Source: a virus
IMG/VR virus record: IMGVR_UViG_3300034760_000060
Coordinates: 6,541 to 70,540 of that record
Length of the DNA stretch: 64,000 bases
Reading direction: 5' to 3' (one strand)
The notes under the pieces are model-generated. The model had not been told where the DNA came from and searched no databases. It saw only the letters and a program-made list of their open reading frames with translations. Below are positions 18,177-27,115 of the stretch, in pieces; position 1 is the stretch's first letter; every line of letters begins with the position of its first letter. The position numbers were made by a program, and so were the translations under genes.

Positions 18177-18920
18177 ATGAACGAGATTGTACACCACAAG
18201 CATATTGACGTCGCCGGCGTCGCTATTGCGCAGGATCAGGCGGGGCGCTACTGCCTGAACGATTTGCACAAGGCGGCGATGCTAGCTAAGAAGGCGACCG
18301 AATCACATCGACCCGGCAACTTCCTAAAAACGGCGGATGTTGTGAAGTTTGCTCAAGTTTTAAGCGATGCTACGAATGTAGCACCGGTCGAGACAATCAA
18401 GGGCGGCACACGTCAAGGTAGTTACGGCGTCGAATTGATCGTCATGCGTTACGCCGCTTGGATCGATCCCGCGTTCGAAGTCCAGGTGTACCAGACCTTC
18501 CAGGCCGCCGCGAATGGAACGCTGCAGAAGTTCATGGACGACCAGATCCGCGCGCAGTCCCGGCAAGCGGCCCGGCTGGAGGCGCCATATCTCACTGACG
18601 CCATCAAGCATCGCCGCAAGGTGCTGGGCAAGCCGACCGCGCACTACCACTTTTCCAATGAGTTCGACCTGATCAACCGGGTCGCGCTGGGCAAGTCGGC
18701 GAAGGCCTACCGCGAAGCGCACAGCATGACGTCAACAGAGGCAATCCGCGATCACCTGACCCCGATGGAGATCCGTTGCATCGAGCACCTCCAGCGCGCC
18801 AACGCCACGATGATCGACCTGGGCTACGACTTCGAACAACGCAAGACCGAACTGCACAAGCTGTACGTGCTGCGCCACTCTGCCGGCCTGATGGCCGAAG
18901 TTGAAAGGATTGAATCATGA
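18177..18920 (+). CDS. KilA-N domain DNA-binding protein (antirepressor-like)
   Basis: QDQAGRYCLNDLHKA...GSYGVELIVMRYAAWIDPAFEVQVY. Confidence 0.9.
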   Translation: MNEIVHHKHIDVAGVAIAQDQAGRYCLNDLHKAAMLAKKATESHRPGNFLKTADVVKFAQVLSDATNVAPVETIKGGTRQGSYGVELIVMRYAAWIDPAFEVQVYQTFQAAANGTLQKFMDDQIRAQSRQAARLEAPYLTDAIKHRRKVLGKPTAHYHFSNEFDLINRVALGKSAKAYREAHSMTSTEAIRDHLTPMEIRCIEHLQRANATMIDLGYDFEQRKTELHKLYVLRHSAGLMAEVERIES

Positions 18921-19336
18921 CTGCCGCCCGAACAACTGTTTTCTTCCACTCTGGCGGAAAGTCCCCTAACGGGCCAATCCTTCCCGTTGGTTGGTATTGC
19001 ACCAGCAGCACTGGATTTGTCCCTATCGATCTGGTTATGCCAGGCGCCGTTGACAAGAAAGGCGGTCCCTTAATCAAGGTCGGCGCGCTTGCCGTAGACG
19101 CGCACTATGCGGTCGCCGCGATCCAATCGGCGAAGGGCCGCTACTACGCCCGCATTCGCAAGTTCGAAGAGATTTACGGGCATGTCGAAGGCAGGATTGA
19201 CCCGGTCGACCCGAAGTACAAGGCAATCCGCAACTACACGCAACTCCAGTTCGCCGCGCTGCTTGAGGCTAAGCGCAAGGCCTACAACATTAAGCGCCGC
19301 CTGGAAAACGCCTGCCGGAAAGTGGGGAATGTATGA
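18917..19336 (+). CDS. Hypothetical protein
   Basis: 139 aa, coupled overlaps. Confidence 0.65.
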   Translation: MTAARTTVFFHSGGKSPNGPILPVGWYCTSSTGFVPIDLVMPGAVDKKGGPLIKVGALAVDAHYAVAAIQSAKGRYYARIRKFEEIYGHVEGRIDPVDPKYKAIRNYTQLQFAALLEAKRKAYNIKRRLENACRKVGNV

Positions 19337-19569
19337 CGAACCCATGCATCCATCACCAGGGCAAGGTACTCATCCGCGAGATTTCTCACGCGTTTGCGCA
19401 AGAGCACTCCGGGCGGGACAAGAAGCTGATCGCATGGCGCTTGGCGGACCTGGCCAAGATCGAGAAAGCGCCGGGCACCAAGTTCCAGGATCTGGTCGAT
19501 GACGAGCCCGATGCGCGCTATGCGCTGCGCGAGGTTGCTGATTCCCTGATCGCAAAGGGGCACCCATGA
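19333..19569 (+). CDS. Hypothetical protein
   Basis: 78 aa, coupled overlaps. Confidence 0.65.
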   Translation: MTNPCIHHQGKVLIREISHAFAQEHSGRDKKLIAWRLADLAKIEKAPGTKFQDLVDDEPDARYALREVADSLIAKGHP

Positions 19570-20093
19570 CCGCGCCAAAATTAGCAATCCCTCGCCCATC
19601 ACGTAGCGAGAACATGAAGCGTTTGATTGCCGCTTTGCGCCACGGGCGAATGAATCGGTACGAAGCTGCGGAAATGATGAAAGTCTCGCCGGAGAACGCA
19701 GGCAAATACCTGTGCGAACTGAAGCGCGATGGTATTGCGGCTTTCGCTGGCGCGGACGTCATGAATCGGGGAGGGTACAAGCGCACGGCCTACGTGCTTG
19801 TGCCCAACGAGCAAAAGATCCGGTGGTATCTCGCCAGCCTCGATGTTCCGGAGAAGCCAGCTGTTCGTCAGGCGCGGCTGATCGCTGACCGGGTCCGTCG
19901 GGAGGCGCGAGCCGCGACGCCGCGCGTAGAAACCACGAAGATCGACCCGCTAGCCCTGCCGGCCAAGTTCTTCAAGCCATCGGCCGATCTCGCGCCGCCC
20001 GCCGAGCGCATCGAGCGCGCGCCGGCCAAGCCGACCGGCTTCGCGGCCCTGGCTACCGTCCGTTTCCAGCTGGCCAGCGAGGTATGCGCATGA
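19566..20093 (+). CDS. Hypothetical winged-helix-like protein
   Basis: MNRYEAAEMMKVSPENAGKYLCELKRDG. Confidence 0.65.
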   Translation: MTAPKLAIPRPSRSENMKRLIAALRHGRMNRYEAAEMMKVSPENAGKYLCELKRDGIAAFAGADVMNRGGYKRTAYVLVPNEQKIRWYLASLDVPEKPAVRQARLIADRVRREARAATPRVETTKIDPLALPAKFFKPSADLAPPAERIERAPAKPTGFAALATVRFQLASEVCA

Positions 20094-20647
20094 TCGCCGT
20101 TACCCTCCACGGCGCCCACGCCACCCGCGACAGCTGGAACGCAATCCGCCCGCACCTGGGCGAAACAATCGACCTTAGCTATGACGTTGCTGAAGGCTTC
20201 GACGCCATCACTACGCGCCTCACGTCCGAGCTTGCTGCGGTCGACGGGCCGATCGGGCTTATCGCCCACAGCCAGGGCGGCAACCTGGCGCTGGCCCTGG
20301 CAGACCGGCTGGGCGATCGAGTTCGCGGCGCGGTGTCGATGTGCAGCCCGTTCGGCGGAAGCGCGGCGGCGGCAATCCTGCCGTTCCTCGCGCCGCTCTA
20401 CCACCCGCAGCTGATGCGCGACATCCACCCGCGCAGCCTGCCTATCAGCCGGGGCCGCGCGATCAAATTGCGCTGCCCGTGGACGCAGATTGTCGCAACC
20501 GAGGACCGGATCGTATCGCGCATCTCGGCCGAGAGCCGGAGCGACATGCGGATCGTGCGCGTCGCCACGACTCATACCGAGGTTCTTTTGAATGCCGAGG
20601 CGCTGGATGTTATCCGCGCCGCGGTGGCGCAGTGGGGTGAGCAATGA
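20084..20647 (+). CDS. Alpha/beta hydrolase (esterase/lipase-like)
   Basis: TLHGAHA, nucleophile elbow AHSQGG, SPFGGS, C-terminal THTEVL. Confidence 0.8.
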   Translation: MRMIAVTLHGAHATRDSWNAIRPHLGETIDLSYDVAEGFDAITTRLTSELAAVDGPIGLIAHSQGGNLALALADRLGDRVRGAVSMCSPFGGSAAAAILPFLAPLYHPQLMRDIHPRSLPISRGRAIKLRCPWTQIVATEDRIVSRISAESRSDMRIVRVATTHTEVLLNAEALDVIRAAVAQWGEQ

Positions 20648-20730
20648 AAGCAATCGACCTTTTCGCCGGGGCTGGCGGTTTCAGTACCGACCCGCGCCAG
20701 CTCGTGCTGCCTGATGAGGTGCTGCCGTGA
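20644..20730 (+). pseudogene. 28-codon remnant of a C5 DNA methyltransferase
   Basis: MKAIDLFAGAGGFST (motif I) then early stop. Confidence 0.6.
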
Positions 20731-21809
20731 CCGCCTACTACAACGAAATCGACCCGTACGCCGCCCAATGGCTGCGCAACCTGATCACCGCCGGGCACAT
20801 CGCTGACGGCGTGGTCGACACCAGGAGCATTGAAGATGTACAGCCCGACGACCTGCGAGAGTTCACCCAGTGCCATTTCTTTGCCGGCGTCGGCGTTTGG
20901 TCGCATGCCCTCCGCGCCACGGGGTGGGGTGATGATCGACCTGTTTGGACCGGTTCCTGTCCTTGCCAACCTTTCAGCCAGGCAGGCGAAGGCGCTGGGT
21001 TTGCTGACGAGCGGCACCTGTGGCCTGCCTTCCACCACCTCACCAAAGAGCTGCGCCCTTCAGCGGTCCTTGGAGAGCAGGTTGCGAGCAGCCACGTCGA
21101 CGCTTGGATCGACCTTGTACACGCTGACCTGGAAGGCATGGGTTACACCTTCGGGGCAATCCCGTTCCCGTCTGCGGGCATCGGTGCGCCGCACATCCGA
21201 GACCGGCTGTACTGGGCGGGCACCATGGCCGACGCCGTCGAAGGCAAACGGGGACGGCGGGCAAACAATGGGGCATTGCTCGGCGACCGGACGGCGACCG
21301 GACGGGACCAAGTCGCAGGTGACGTTGAACGGGGTGGCAGCGCTGGCGGGCTGGCCTACGCCGGGGGCGGCGTTAGTGGATCACAAGCCACAACCACCGA
21401 TCATTGGGAGCCGAAAGCCAACGGACCCGCAGATCGGGCTGGCGGACGTAGCGTTCTACCTGGCCGGGTGGCCGACGCCGAGTGCGAGCGACGGGAACGG
21501 GGGCAAGGGTTTCCGGCCAGGGGTATCGATGACTGGGCGCATGCCGGACGGCTCGAAGATAACGATGGACCTGTCGGCCGCGACGAAACTGGCGTTCTAC
21601 GAACTGAGCGGGCCGGTCCGACTAACGGCCTCTGGCGAGATGCTGACTGGCTCGCATGCACAGATGGAAAGTGGCGGCCAGTTGAACCCGGCACATTCCC
21701 GCTGGCTCATGGGGCTGCCAGCCGCGTGGGACGACTGCGCGCCTACGGAAACGCTATCAATGCTGAAGCGGCTCGCGTCTGGATCGAAGCCGTGATGGAG
21801 GGCGTATGA
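20727..21809 (+). CDS. DNA cytosine-C5 methyltransferase, alpha polypeptide
   Basis: Motif [47 protein letters not shown]; motif IX absent. Confidence 0.9.
   Translation: MTAYYNEIDPYAAQWLRNLITAGHIADGVVDTRSIEDVQPDDLREFTQCHFFAGVGVWSHALRATGWGDDRPVWTGSCPCQPFSQAGEGAGFADERHLWPAFHHLTKELRPSAVLGEQVASSHVDAWIDLVHADLEGMGYTFGAIPFPSAGIGAPHIRDRLYWAGTMADAVEGKRGRRANNGALLGDRTATGRDQVAGDVERGGSAGGLAYAGGGVSGSQATTTDHWEPKANGPADRAGGRSVLPGRVADAECERRERGQGFPARGIDDWAHAGRLEDNDGPVGRDETGVLRTERAGPTNGLWRDADWLACTDGKWRPVEPGTFPLAHGAASRVGRLRAYGNAINAEAARVWIEAVMEGV
20932..21795 (+). CDS. Nested alternate-frame ORF: methyltransferase beta polypeptide carrying motif IX
   Basis: Open for over 280 codons inside the alpha gene; ends [20 protein letters not shown]. 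Confidence 0.75.
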   Translation: MIDLFGPVPVLANLSARQAKALGLLTSGTCGLPSTTSPKSCALQRSLESRLRAATSTLGSTLYTLTWKAWVTPSGQSRSRLRASVRRTSETGCTGRAPWPTPSKANGDGGQTMGHCSATGRRPDGTKSQVTLNGVAALAGWPTPGAALVDHKPQPPIIGSRKPTDPQIGLADVAFYLAGWPTPSASDGNGGKGFRPGVSMTGRMPDGSKITMDLSAATKLAFYELSGPVRLTASGEMLTGSHAQMESGGQLNPAHSRWLMGLPAAWDDCAPTETLSMLKRLASGSKP

Positions 21810-21811
21810 AA

Positions 21812-22423
21812 TCAGCATCTACTTGCTATTTGCGCAATGCAAAGGTCAGAGCCATCTTTCGCAAGCTTCAGCGCGTCGTCAACGGCCGTATTGGTTGCAG
21901 CGCTGCGGGTATCAATATTTTGCCTGGGGGCTTCAATCTGTTGCCGCCACAGGCCATATCCCAAGGAGATTGTCGGAATTTCTTGCTGAAGCCCATGGCA
22001 AATCAGGACCAGATCTTCGTGGGGCATGTCAACAGGGGCTACCGAGCCGAGCAATTTTTCGCAGTCGTTCAGCAGTGTCTCGAAATTCTCGGGAGGCATT
22101 TGAAAGACATTGTTGGCACGCGCTGCGGCCAAATTGCTGATCGTCGTTTCGGTTTTGGTGAGAATCGCAAGAACGATCTTGAAGCGCTGCCGCTCGTCCG
22201 CCGCACGCCTAGCGTTTTCTGCATTGCGTTCGTTCACATGCTGTCCATTCGCAATCGCAAACGCCCCACCAATGGCAGCCATGGAGCCGATCGCCTGAAC
22301 CCAGCTGGCCCACTCGCCAGCGTTCAAACCAAACATCAATCCGGTATTGCTCGTGGCTATCAGCACTGCTGCAACCAACGAGTATTGGATGCTTCGGCGA
22401 ATTTGCATATCAGCCCTTATCAA
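21812..22423 (-). CDS. Antisense membrane-protein moron
   Basis: Two hydrophobic N-terminal segments, WASWVQAIGSMAAIGGAF; lower GC. Confidence 0.8.
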   Translation of the reverse strand: MIRADMQIRRSIQYSLVAAVLIATSNTGLMFGLNAGEWASWVQAIGSMAAIGGAFAIANGQHVNERNAENARRAADERQRFKIVLAILTKTETTISNLAAARANNVFQMPPENFETLLNDCEKLLGSVAPVDMPHEDLVLICHGLQQEIPTISLGYGLWRQQIEAPRQNIDTRSAATNTAVDDALKLAKDGSDLCIAQIASRC

Positions 22424-22437
22424 ACAGGAATCCTACC

Positions 22438-22629
22438 ATGTCACTAGGCCACGCCCCTAACGACCGCTACCGCGCGGCGACGCAGCAGATTATCCCGGTG
22501 AGCACATCGAAGCGCATGACGTGCTCGTGCTGTAAAAATTTCAAGTCGATTGGCCAGTTCCCAGTAGGTCAGGACGTGTGTGTGAAGTGCAATCCACAGC
22601 CAGCAGGCTGGAGAAGGGGAGGGATTTGA
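22438..22629 (+). CDS. Small zinc-finger-like protein
   Basis: CSCC...CVKC. Confidence 0.55.
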   Translation: MSLGHAPNDRYRAATQQIIPVSTSKRMTCSCCKNFKSIGQFPVGQDVCVKCNPQPAGWRRGGI

Positions 22630-22630
22630 C

Positions 22631-22912
22631 ATGAAAGCGATACACAAATATCAACTGGGCATGGCCGAGCAAGCGAGCGTGATGATGCCAGAGGGCGCTG
22701 TTGTGATCCGCGTTGATGGCATCGATGGCTTCCTTTGGCTCTGGGCGGTAGTCGACACCGATGCACCAATGATCAAGCGGGACTTTCTGCTGTTCAAAAC
22801 TGGTGCGTCAATGCCGGCCGACATTTTGCAAACGCACTGCTACCTGGGCTGCGGGGGAATCTTCGTCCAGATGGAATTGATGATGTACGTATGGGAGGAT
22901 GCAAATGTTTAG
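22631..22912 (+). CDS. Hypothetical phage protein
   Basis: MKAIHKYQL...LWAVVD. Confidence 0.7.
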   Translation: MKAIHKYQLGMAEQASVMMPEGAVVIRVDGIDGFLWLWAVVDTDAPMIKRDFLLFKTGASMPADILQTHCYLGCGGIFVQMELMMYVWEDANV

Positions 22913-23507
22913 CCGCGAACCCTTGTTTTTGGGTCGATTTGTCATCGATTGCCCCGAACTTATGTTCGTGCAGTACATGCCGATCGCTATGCCCGGAACT
23001 GAACTTCGAATCCCGAAAAACCTGTGGTGTTTTGCAGGATTGATAGAGCAAGCGGAATGCCGCGCTTCGGATGAGCAGTACATCTACCTGACGGCCAAAC
23101 GCCTTTTCGTCGGGCCGCACTGCCTTGGCAATCGGCCTGGGTGGCACACAGACGGCTTCGGCACCGACGACATCAACTACATCTGGTCCGATACGCTCCC
23201 CACTGAGTTCTGTGTTGGGCAGCGATTCGATCTGTCCGACGACCACGACATTTCCTTGGCTCAGATGGCGCAGCAAGCGTCGCCAGAGAACTTTCGCACG
23301 TATGCGCCGGGCTCTCTACTGCAACTCGATAGCACGATTGTTCACCGTGCCGCTCAGCCGGTGAGCGAAGGCTACCGTACCTTCGTGAAGGTTTCCGTGT
23401 CGCGCCATCAATACAACCTCATTGGCAACGCACACAACTACCTCTTCGACTACGAATGGCCGATGGTCGAGCGCCAGGCTAGCCGCAACCATCCTATCGG
23501 GGCTTGA
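22905..23507 (+). CDS. 2OG-Fe(II) dioxygenase-like protein
   Basis: HxD in GWHTDG, distal H in IVHR, R in YRTFVKV; GGAGG RBS. Confidence 0.65.
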   Translation: MFSREPLFLGRFVIDCPELMFVQYMPIAMPGTELRIPKNLWCFAGLIEQAECRASDEQYIYLTAKRLFVGPHCLGNRPGWHTDGFGTDDINYIWSDTLPTEFCVGQRFDLSDDHDISLAQMAQQASPENFRTYAPGSLLQLDSTIVHRAAQPVSEGYRTFVKVSVSRHQYNLIGNAHNYLFDYEWPMVERQASRNHPIGA

Positions 23508-23826
23508 CATGAGCACGACAAAAGAAATCCAAAAGCTCTATTCGGTCACGGTGACGGTCACCGCGGTAATTCTCGCGACGAGTGAGCGCAGCGCTGAGAG
23601 TGCATTCAGAAGCGCGCAGAGCGAAATTCTCAGCGACTACAGCGGCGACGTTTGGACCGACTGCGAGGTTAAAAATGCCGCCGACTTGCCTCCTGGTTGG
23701 GATGAGGAATGTTTGCCATACGGGACCAAGGTTCAGCACACGATTGGTCAATGGCTCGACCTAGCGCCGCCCGAGGTAGTTCGTGACACCAAGACCATCG
23801 ACATGTTCGCTGGGGTGGCGCCGTGA
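23504..23826 (+). CDS. Hypothetical protein
   Basis: 107 aa, coupled overlap; ends DTKTIDMF. Confidence 0.65.
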
Positions 23827-23828
23827 CT

Positions 23829-24056
23829 CTATCGCTCGTCCACTTTGGTATCAATCAAAGCTTTGGCAGACGAATTCATGTTTTCGATGGCGAGTTCGAC
23901 GGTTCCAAATTCGAGCGGGCCATCAGTTCGGTAGACCATTCGACCGAAAGGGGTCTCTTCGTGAATGGAATAGGCACCGTTAAATTTACCGCTTGGCAAG
24001 ACGTGCGGGTGACCAACGGCAATGTACCCGCGGTGCGCAAAAGTCGGAAGGTTCAT
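23829..24056 (-). CDS. Small antisense hypothetical (moron)
   Basis: 75 aa, fills the gap between sense genes, lower GC. Confidence 0.5.
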   Translation of the reverse strand: MNLPTFAHRGYIAVGHPHVLPSGKFNGAYSIHEETPFGRMVYRTDGPLEFGTVELAIENMNSSAKALIDTKVDER

Positions 24057-24091
24057 GACCGCTCCATAAATTATCGAAATGGAATCCTACC

Positions 24092-24631
24092 ATGATGCGC
24101 CGCGCACCGATGAAACAAGGGGTAGGCCTGAAGCGCACGGCGTTCAAGCAGAAGGCGCCGTCGACCAGCACCGGGACCCTGCGCGTCGCCGCGGCGGAGC
24201 GCAAGGCCCCGGCCAGAAAAGCGGCGATGAAGTCGAAGCAGCGCGCCGTGAGCGCCGACGAAAAGCTGATGTGGGATCGGCTAGCCCAGCTGGGCTGCGT
24301 GGCATGCATGAAGGACGGGCACTACAACCCGCACGTCAGCATCCATCACGTCGACGGCCGGACGAAGCCGGGATGCCACAAGCTTGTGCTCCCGCTGTGC
24401 GGACCGCACCACCAGGACGACGGCTCGGGCGCGATCGCCGTGCACCCGTGGAAAGCCAGGTTCGAGGCGCGCTACGGCAGCCAGGTCGAATTGATGGCGC
24501 TGTGCCAGCACCTTTTATCAAGCAAGAAAAGCGAGTCCGCATCGGTTGCAGCCGGCACGGACTCTGATCAAACAATACCTAGGGGCACTATCTTGACTAA
24601 AACGAATGTTAGCACGTGGGTGGAATCATGA
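24092..24631 (+). CDS. ref: Ref-family (recombination enhancement function) nuclease
   Basis: GCVAC...IHHVDG...LPLCGPHHQ...FEARYGSQVEL. Confidence 0.8.
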   Translation: MMRRAPMKQGVGLKRTAFKQKAPSTSTGTLRVAAAERKAPARKAAMKSKQRAVSADEKLMWDRLAQLGCVACMKDGHYNPHVSIHHVDGRTKPGCHKLVLPLCGPHHQDDGSGAIAVHPWKARFEARYGSQVELMALCQHLLSSKKSESASVAAGTDSDQTIPRGTILTKTNVSTWVES

Positions 24632-26295
24632 AGCCCTACACCCTCATTCACGGCGACTGCATCACCGAGATGGCCAAGCTGCCGGAGAACAGCGTCGACG
24701 CGATCGTCTGCGATCCGCCGTACGGCCTCGAATTTATGGGCAAGGAGTGGGACGGCGCCGACGGGTTCCGCCGATCGCTGAACGCTGCCGATGCTGGCCG
24801 CGACAACACGTTCGGCCGCATGTCGAAGAAGGCGCCGGAATATCGTGCTGGTCGGCTGTTCCAAGAGTGGTGCGAGGCATGGGCGACCGAAGCCCTGCGC
24901 GTGCTCAAGCCGGGCGGCCATCTGCTGGCCTTCAGTGGAACGCGCACGTCGCATCGCATGGTGTGCGCGATCGAGGACGCAGGGTTCGAGATCAGGGACA
25001 GCATCCCCTGGATTTACGGGTCGGGCTTTCCGAAAAGTATGAACGTGAGCAAGGCGATCGACAAGGCGCGTGACGACAGCACTGAAGGGAGGGCTGTAGG
25101 CGCGTGGCTTAAGGATCAGCGCGAAGGGCGCGGGCTCAAGCAAAAAGATGTTGCTGCACTGTGGCCTTCGGTTACTGGCGGGCTTACCGGCTGCGTTGCG
25201 AACTGGGAAACGTTGGGCAAGGTGCCGAAATGGGACCAATGGCTACAGCTCAAGGCCTTTATCGGTTTTGGCGACGAAATGGACGCCGAAGTGTGGCGGC
25301 TCAACGGCCGCAAAGGCACGCCAGGAAACGAGCGCGAAATTCTGAGCGAGCGGCCAGCGTCCGGGATCGGGCACAACGGTGTCGCTTTCGGCGGGCATGC
25401 CGACGGTGCCACACAGAAGTTTGACGCGGGGGCGGTTACCGACGCCGCCCGCCAATGGGAAGGCTGGGGCACCGCCCTCAAGCCGGCGCACGAGCCGTGC
25501 TGCATGGCGCGCAAGCCGCTGGCTAAGGGCGCGACCGTGGCGGCCAATGTGCTGGCGCACGGCACCGGCGCGATCAATATCGATGCGTGCCGGGTGCCTG
25601 GAAACGAGAGCTCGGCGCGCGATGGCGAGGGCAGCGTAGAGCGCCGGTACAGCGTCGGCGGCGATGCTAGGTTCGCCATGCTGCCAGGCCCGCGTGGGGG
25701 TGACGCCGCTGGGCGGTGGCCCGCCAACATCATCCACGACGGCAGCGCCGAGGTGGTGGCGCTATTTCCTGAATCGACAAGCGGATCGCGCGTGGCTGGC
25801 GTGCGCAAGGGCATCGGGTTTGGCAGCAACGCCAAAGGCGACGGCGGCCCGGCGATTGAGGCGAGCGCCGGCAGCGCCGCCCGCTTCTTCTACTGCGCTA
25901 AGGCCAGCCGCGCCGACCGCAATGCCGGGCTGCCAAGCGGCGCCGCGCCGGCTGTGGCCACCGAAGCGACCATGCGCGAGCGCGAGAACGCTGACTGGCC
26001 TGAACGCAACGGGAACCATCACCCGACCGTGAAACCGACCGACCTCATGGCCTACCTGGTGCGCCTGGTCACGCCGCCGGGCGGCCTGGTGCTGGATCCG
26101 TTCATGGGCAGCGGAAGCACGGGCAAGGCGTGCATGCGTGAGGGATTCCGGTTCGTCGGCATCGACATGACGGCGGAATACCTGCCGATCGCCAGGGCGC
26201 GCATCGAGCACGAGCTCGCAAAGGCGACCGCGGCAGCTGAGTTGGCTGCCACCCCAGCCCCACAGTTGGATATGTTTGCAGCGGAGGTCGCATAA
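24628..26295 (+). CDS. Beta-class amino (N6A/N4C) DNA methyltransferase with an inserted XRE HTH
   Basis: DPPY, HPTVKP, LDPFMGSGSTG; internal WLKDQREGRGLKQKDVA...VANWE. Confidence 0.9.
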   Translation: MKPYTLIHGDCITEMAKLPENSVDAIVCDPPYGLEFMGKEWDGADGFRRSLNAADAGRDNTFGRMSKKAPEYRAGRLFQEWCEAWATEALRVLKPGGHLLAFSGTRTSHRMVCAIEDAGFEIRDSIPWIYGSGFPKSMNVSKAIDKARDDSTEGRAVGAWLKDQREGRGLKQKDVAALWPSVTGGLTGCVANWETLGKVPKWDQWLQLKAFIGFGDEMDAEVWRLNGRKGTPGNEREILSERPASGIGHNGVAFGGHADGATQKFDAGAVTDAARQWEGWGTALKPAHEPCCMARKPLAKGATVAANVLAHGTGAINIDACRVPGNESSARDGEGSVERRYSVGGDARFAMLPGPRGGDAAGRWPANIIHDGSAEVVALFPESTSGSRVAGVRKGIGFGSNAKGDGGPAIEASAGSAARFFYCAKASRADRNAGLPSGAAPAVATEATMRERENADWPERNGNHHPTVKPTDLMAYLVRLVTPPGGLVLDPFMGSGSTGKACMREGFRFVGIDMTAEYLPIARARIEHELAKATAAAELAATPAPQLDMFAAEVA

Positions 26296-26675
26296 TGCCC
26301 GCCCCAGGATTCCGCCATGTCGTAATCGCAGCTCTACCAGGCGCACTGTCCGAGTTAATAGAAAAATCAGGCCTCACGAAATCGTCCGTGATCCGCTGGC
26401 TCCGAATCATGCGCGACGAGAACGTATGCCACGTCAGTGGATGGAAGCGCACGGGCGGGAATGGCCCAATCAAGCGCGTCTATTCCTACGGGCCTGGGCC
26501 GGATGCGCCTTGCAATCTCAAGCCGATGGGAGGTGCCTGCTACAGCGCGCGCAGCAGGAAGAAGCACCCTGAGAACTGCGAGATTTACAACGCTCGGCGT
26601 CGCGCTCGAACTACGGCTGACAGGGTGGCTAAGACACCGAATACCTGGCTGAACATTCTTGGAGGTGCCGCATGA
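26295..26675 (+). CDS. Hypothetical HTH-like protein
   Basis: LIEKSGLTKSSVIRWLRIM. Confidence 0.65.
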   Translation: MPAPGFRHVVIAALPGALSELIEKSGLTKSSVIRWLRIMRDENVCHVSGWKRTGGNGPIKRVYSYGPGPDAPCNLKPMGGACYSARSRKKHPENCEIYNARRRARTTADRVAKTPNTWLNILGGAA

Positions 26676-27115
26676 ATCCGACATACGAAGAATTGCTTGA
26701 CGAGGTGGAGGTGTTGCGCGCCGAGGTCATCGCACTACGCGCGCTGGCCAAGGTCAAGCCGGCAAAGAAGAACGATTACCCGGACGAGTTTGAGGAGGTC
26801 TGGGCAGCCTATCCGCAGCGCTCCGGCGCGAACAAGGTCAGTTCATTCAAAGCCTGGGGCGCGCGCGTCAAGGGTGGTGCCAAGCCAGCGGAAATTCTGG
26901 CCGGCGTGAATCGCTACGCCGACTACGTGAAGAGCGAGCGCACCGAGGACCGCTTTATCAAGCAGCCGGCGACGTTCTTCGGACCCGACGAGCATTTCTT
27001 GCTGCCCTGGGCTTCCAAGCGCGGCGGCGCGGGGCGCCAGTCACTGAACGACGAGGCCAAGCGCCGGCTGTTTGGGGGCTATGACGAGTTCGGAGGCCTG
27101 GATGCGCCAAGGTGA
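26672..27115 (+). CDS. Replication initiator-like protein (C-terminal domain only)
   Basis: FEEVWAAYP...K...FKAW...FIKQPATFFGPDEHF motif typical of phage replication-protein C-termini. Confidence 0.7.
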   Translation: MNPTYEELLDEVEVLRAEVIALRALAKVKPAKKNDYPDEFEEVWAAYPQRSGANKVSSFKAWGARVKGGAKPAEILAGVNRYADYVKSERTEDRFIKQPATFFGPDEHFLLPWASKRGGAGRQSLNDEAKRRLFGGYDEFGGLDAPR

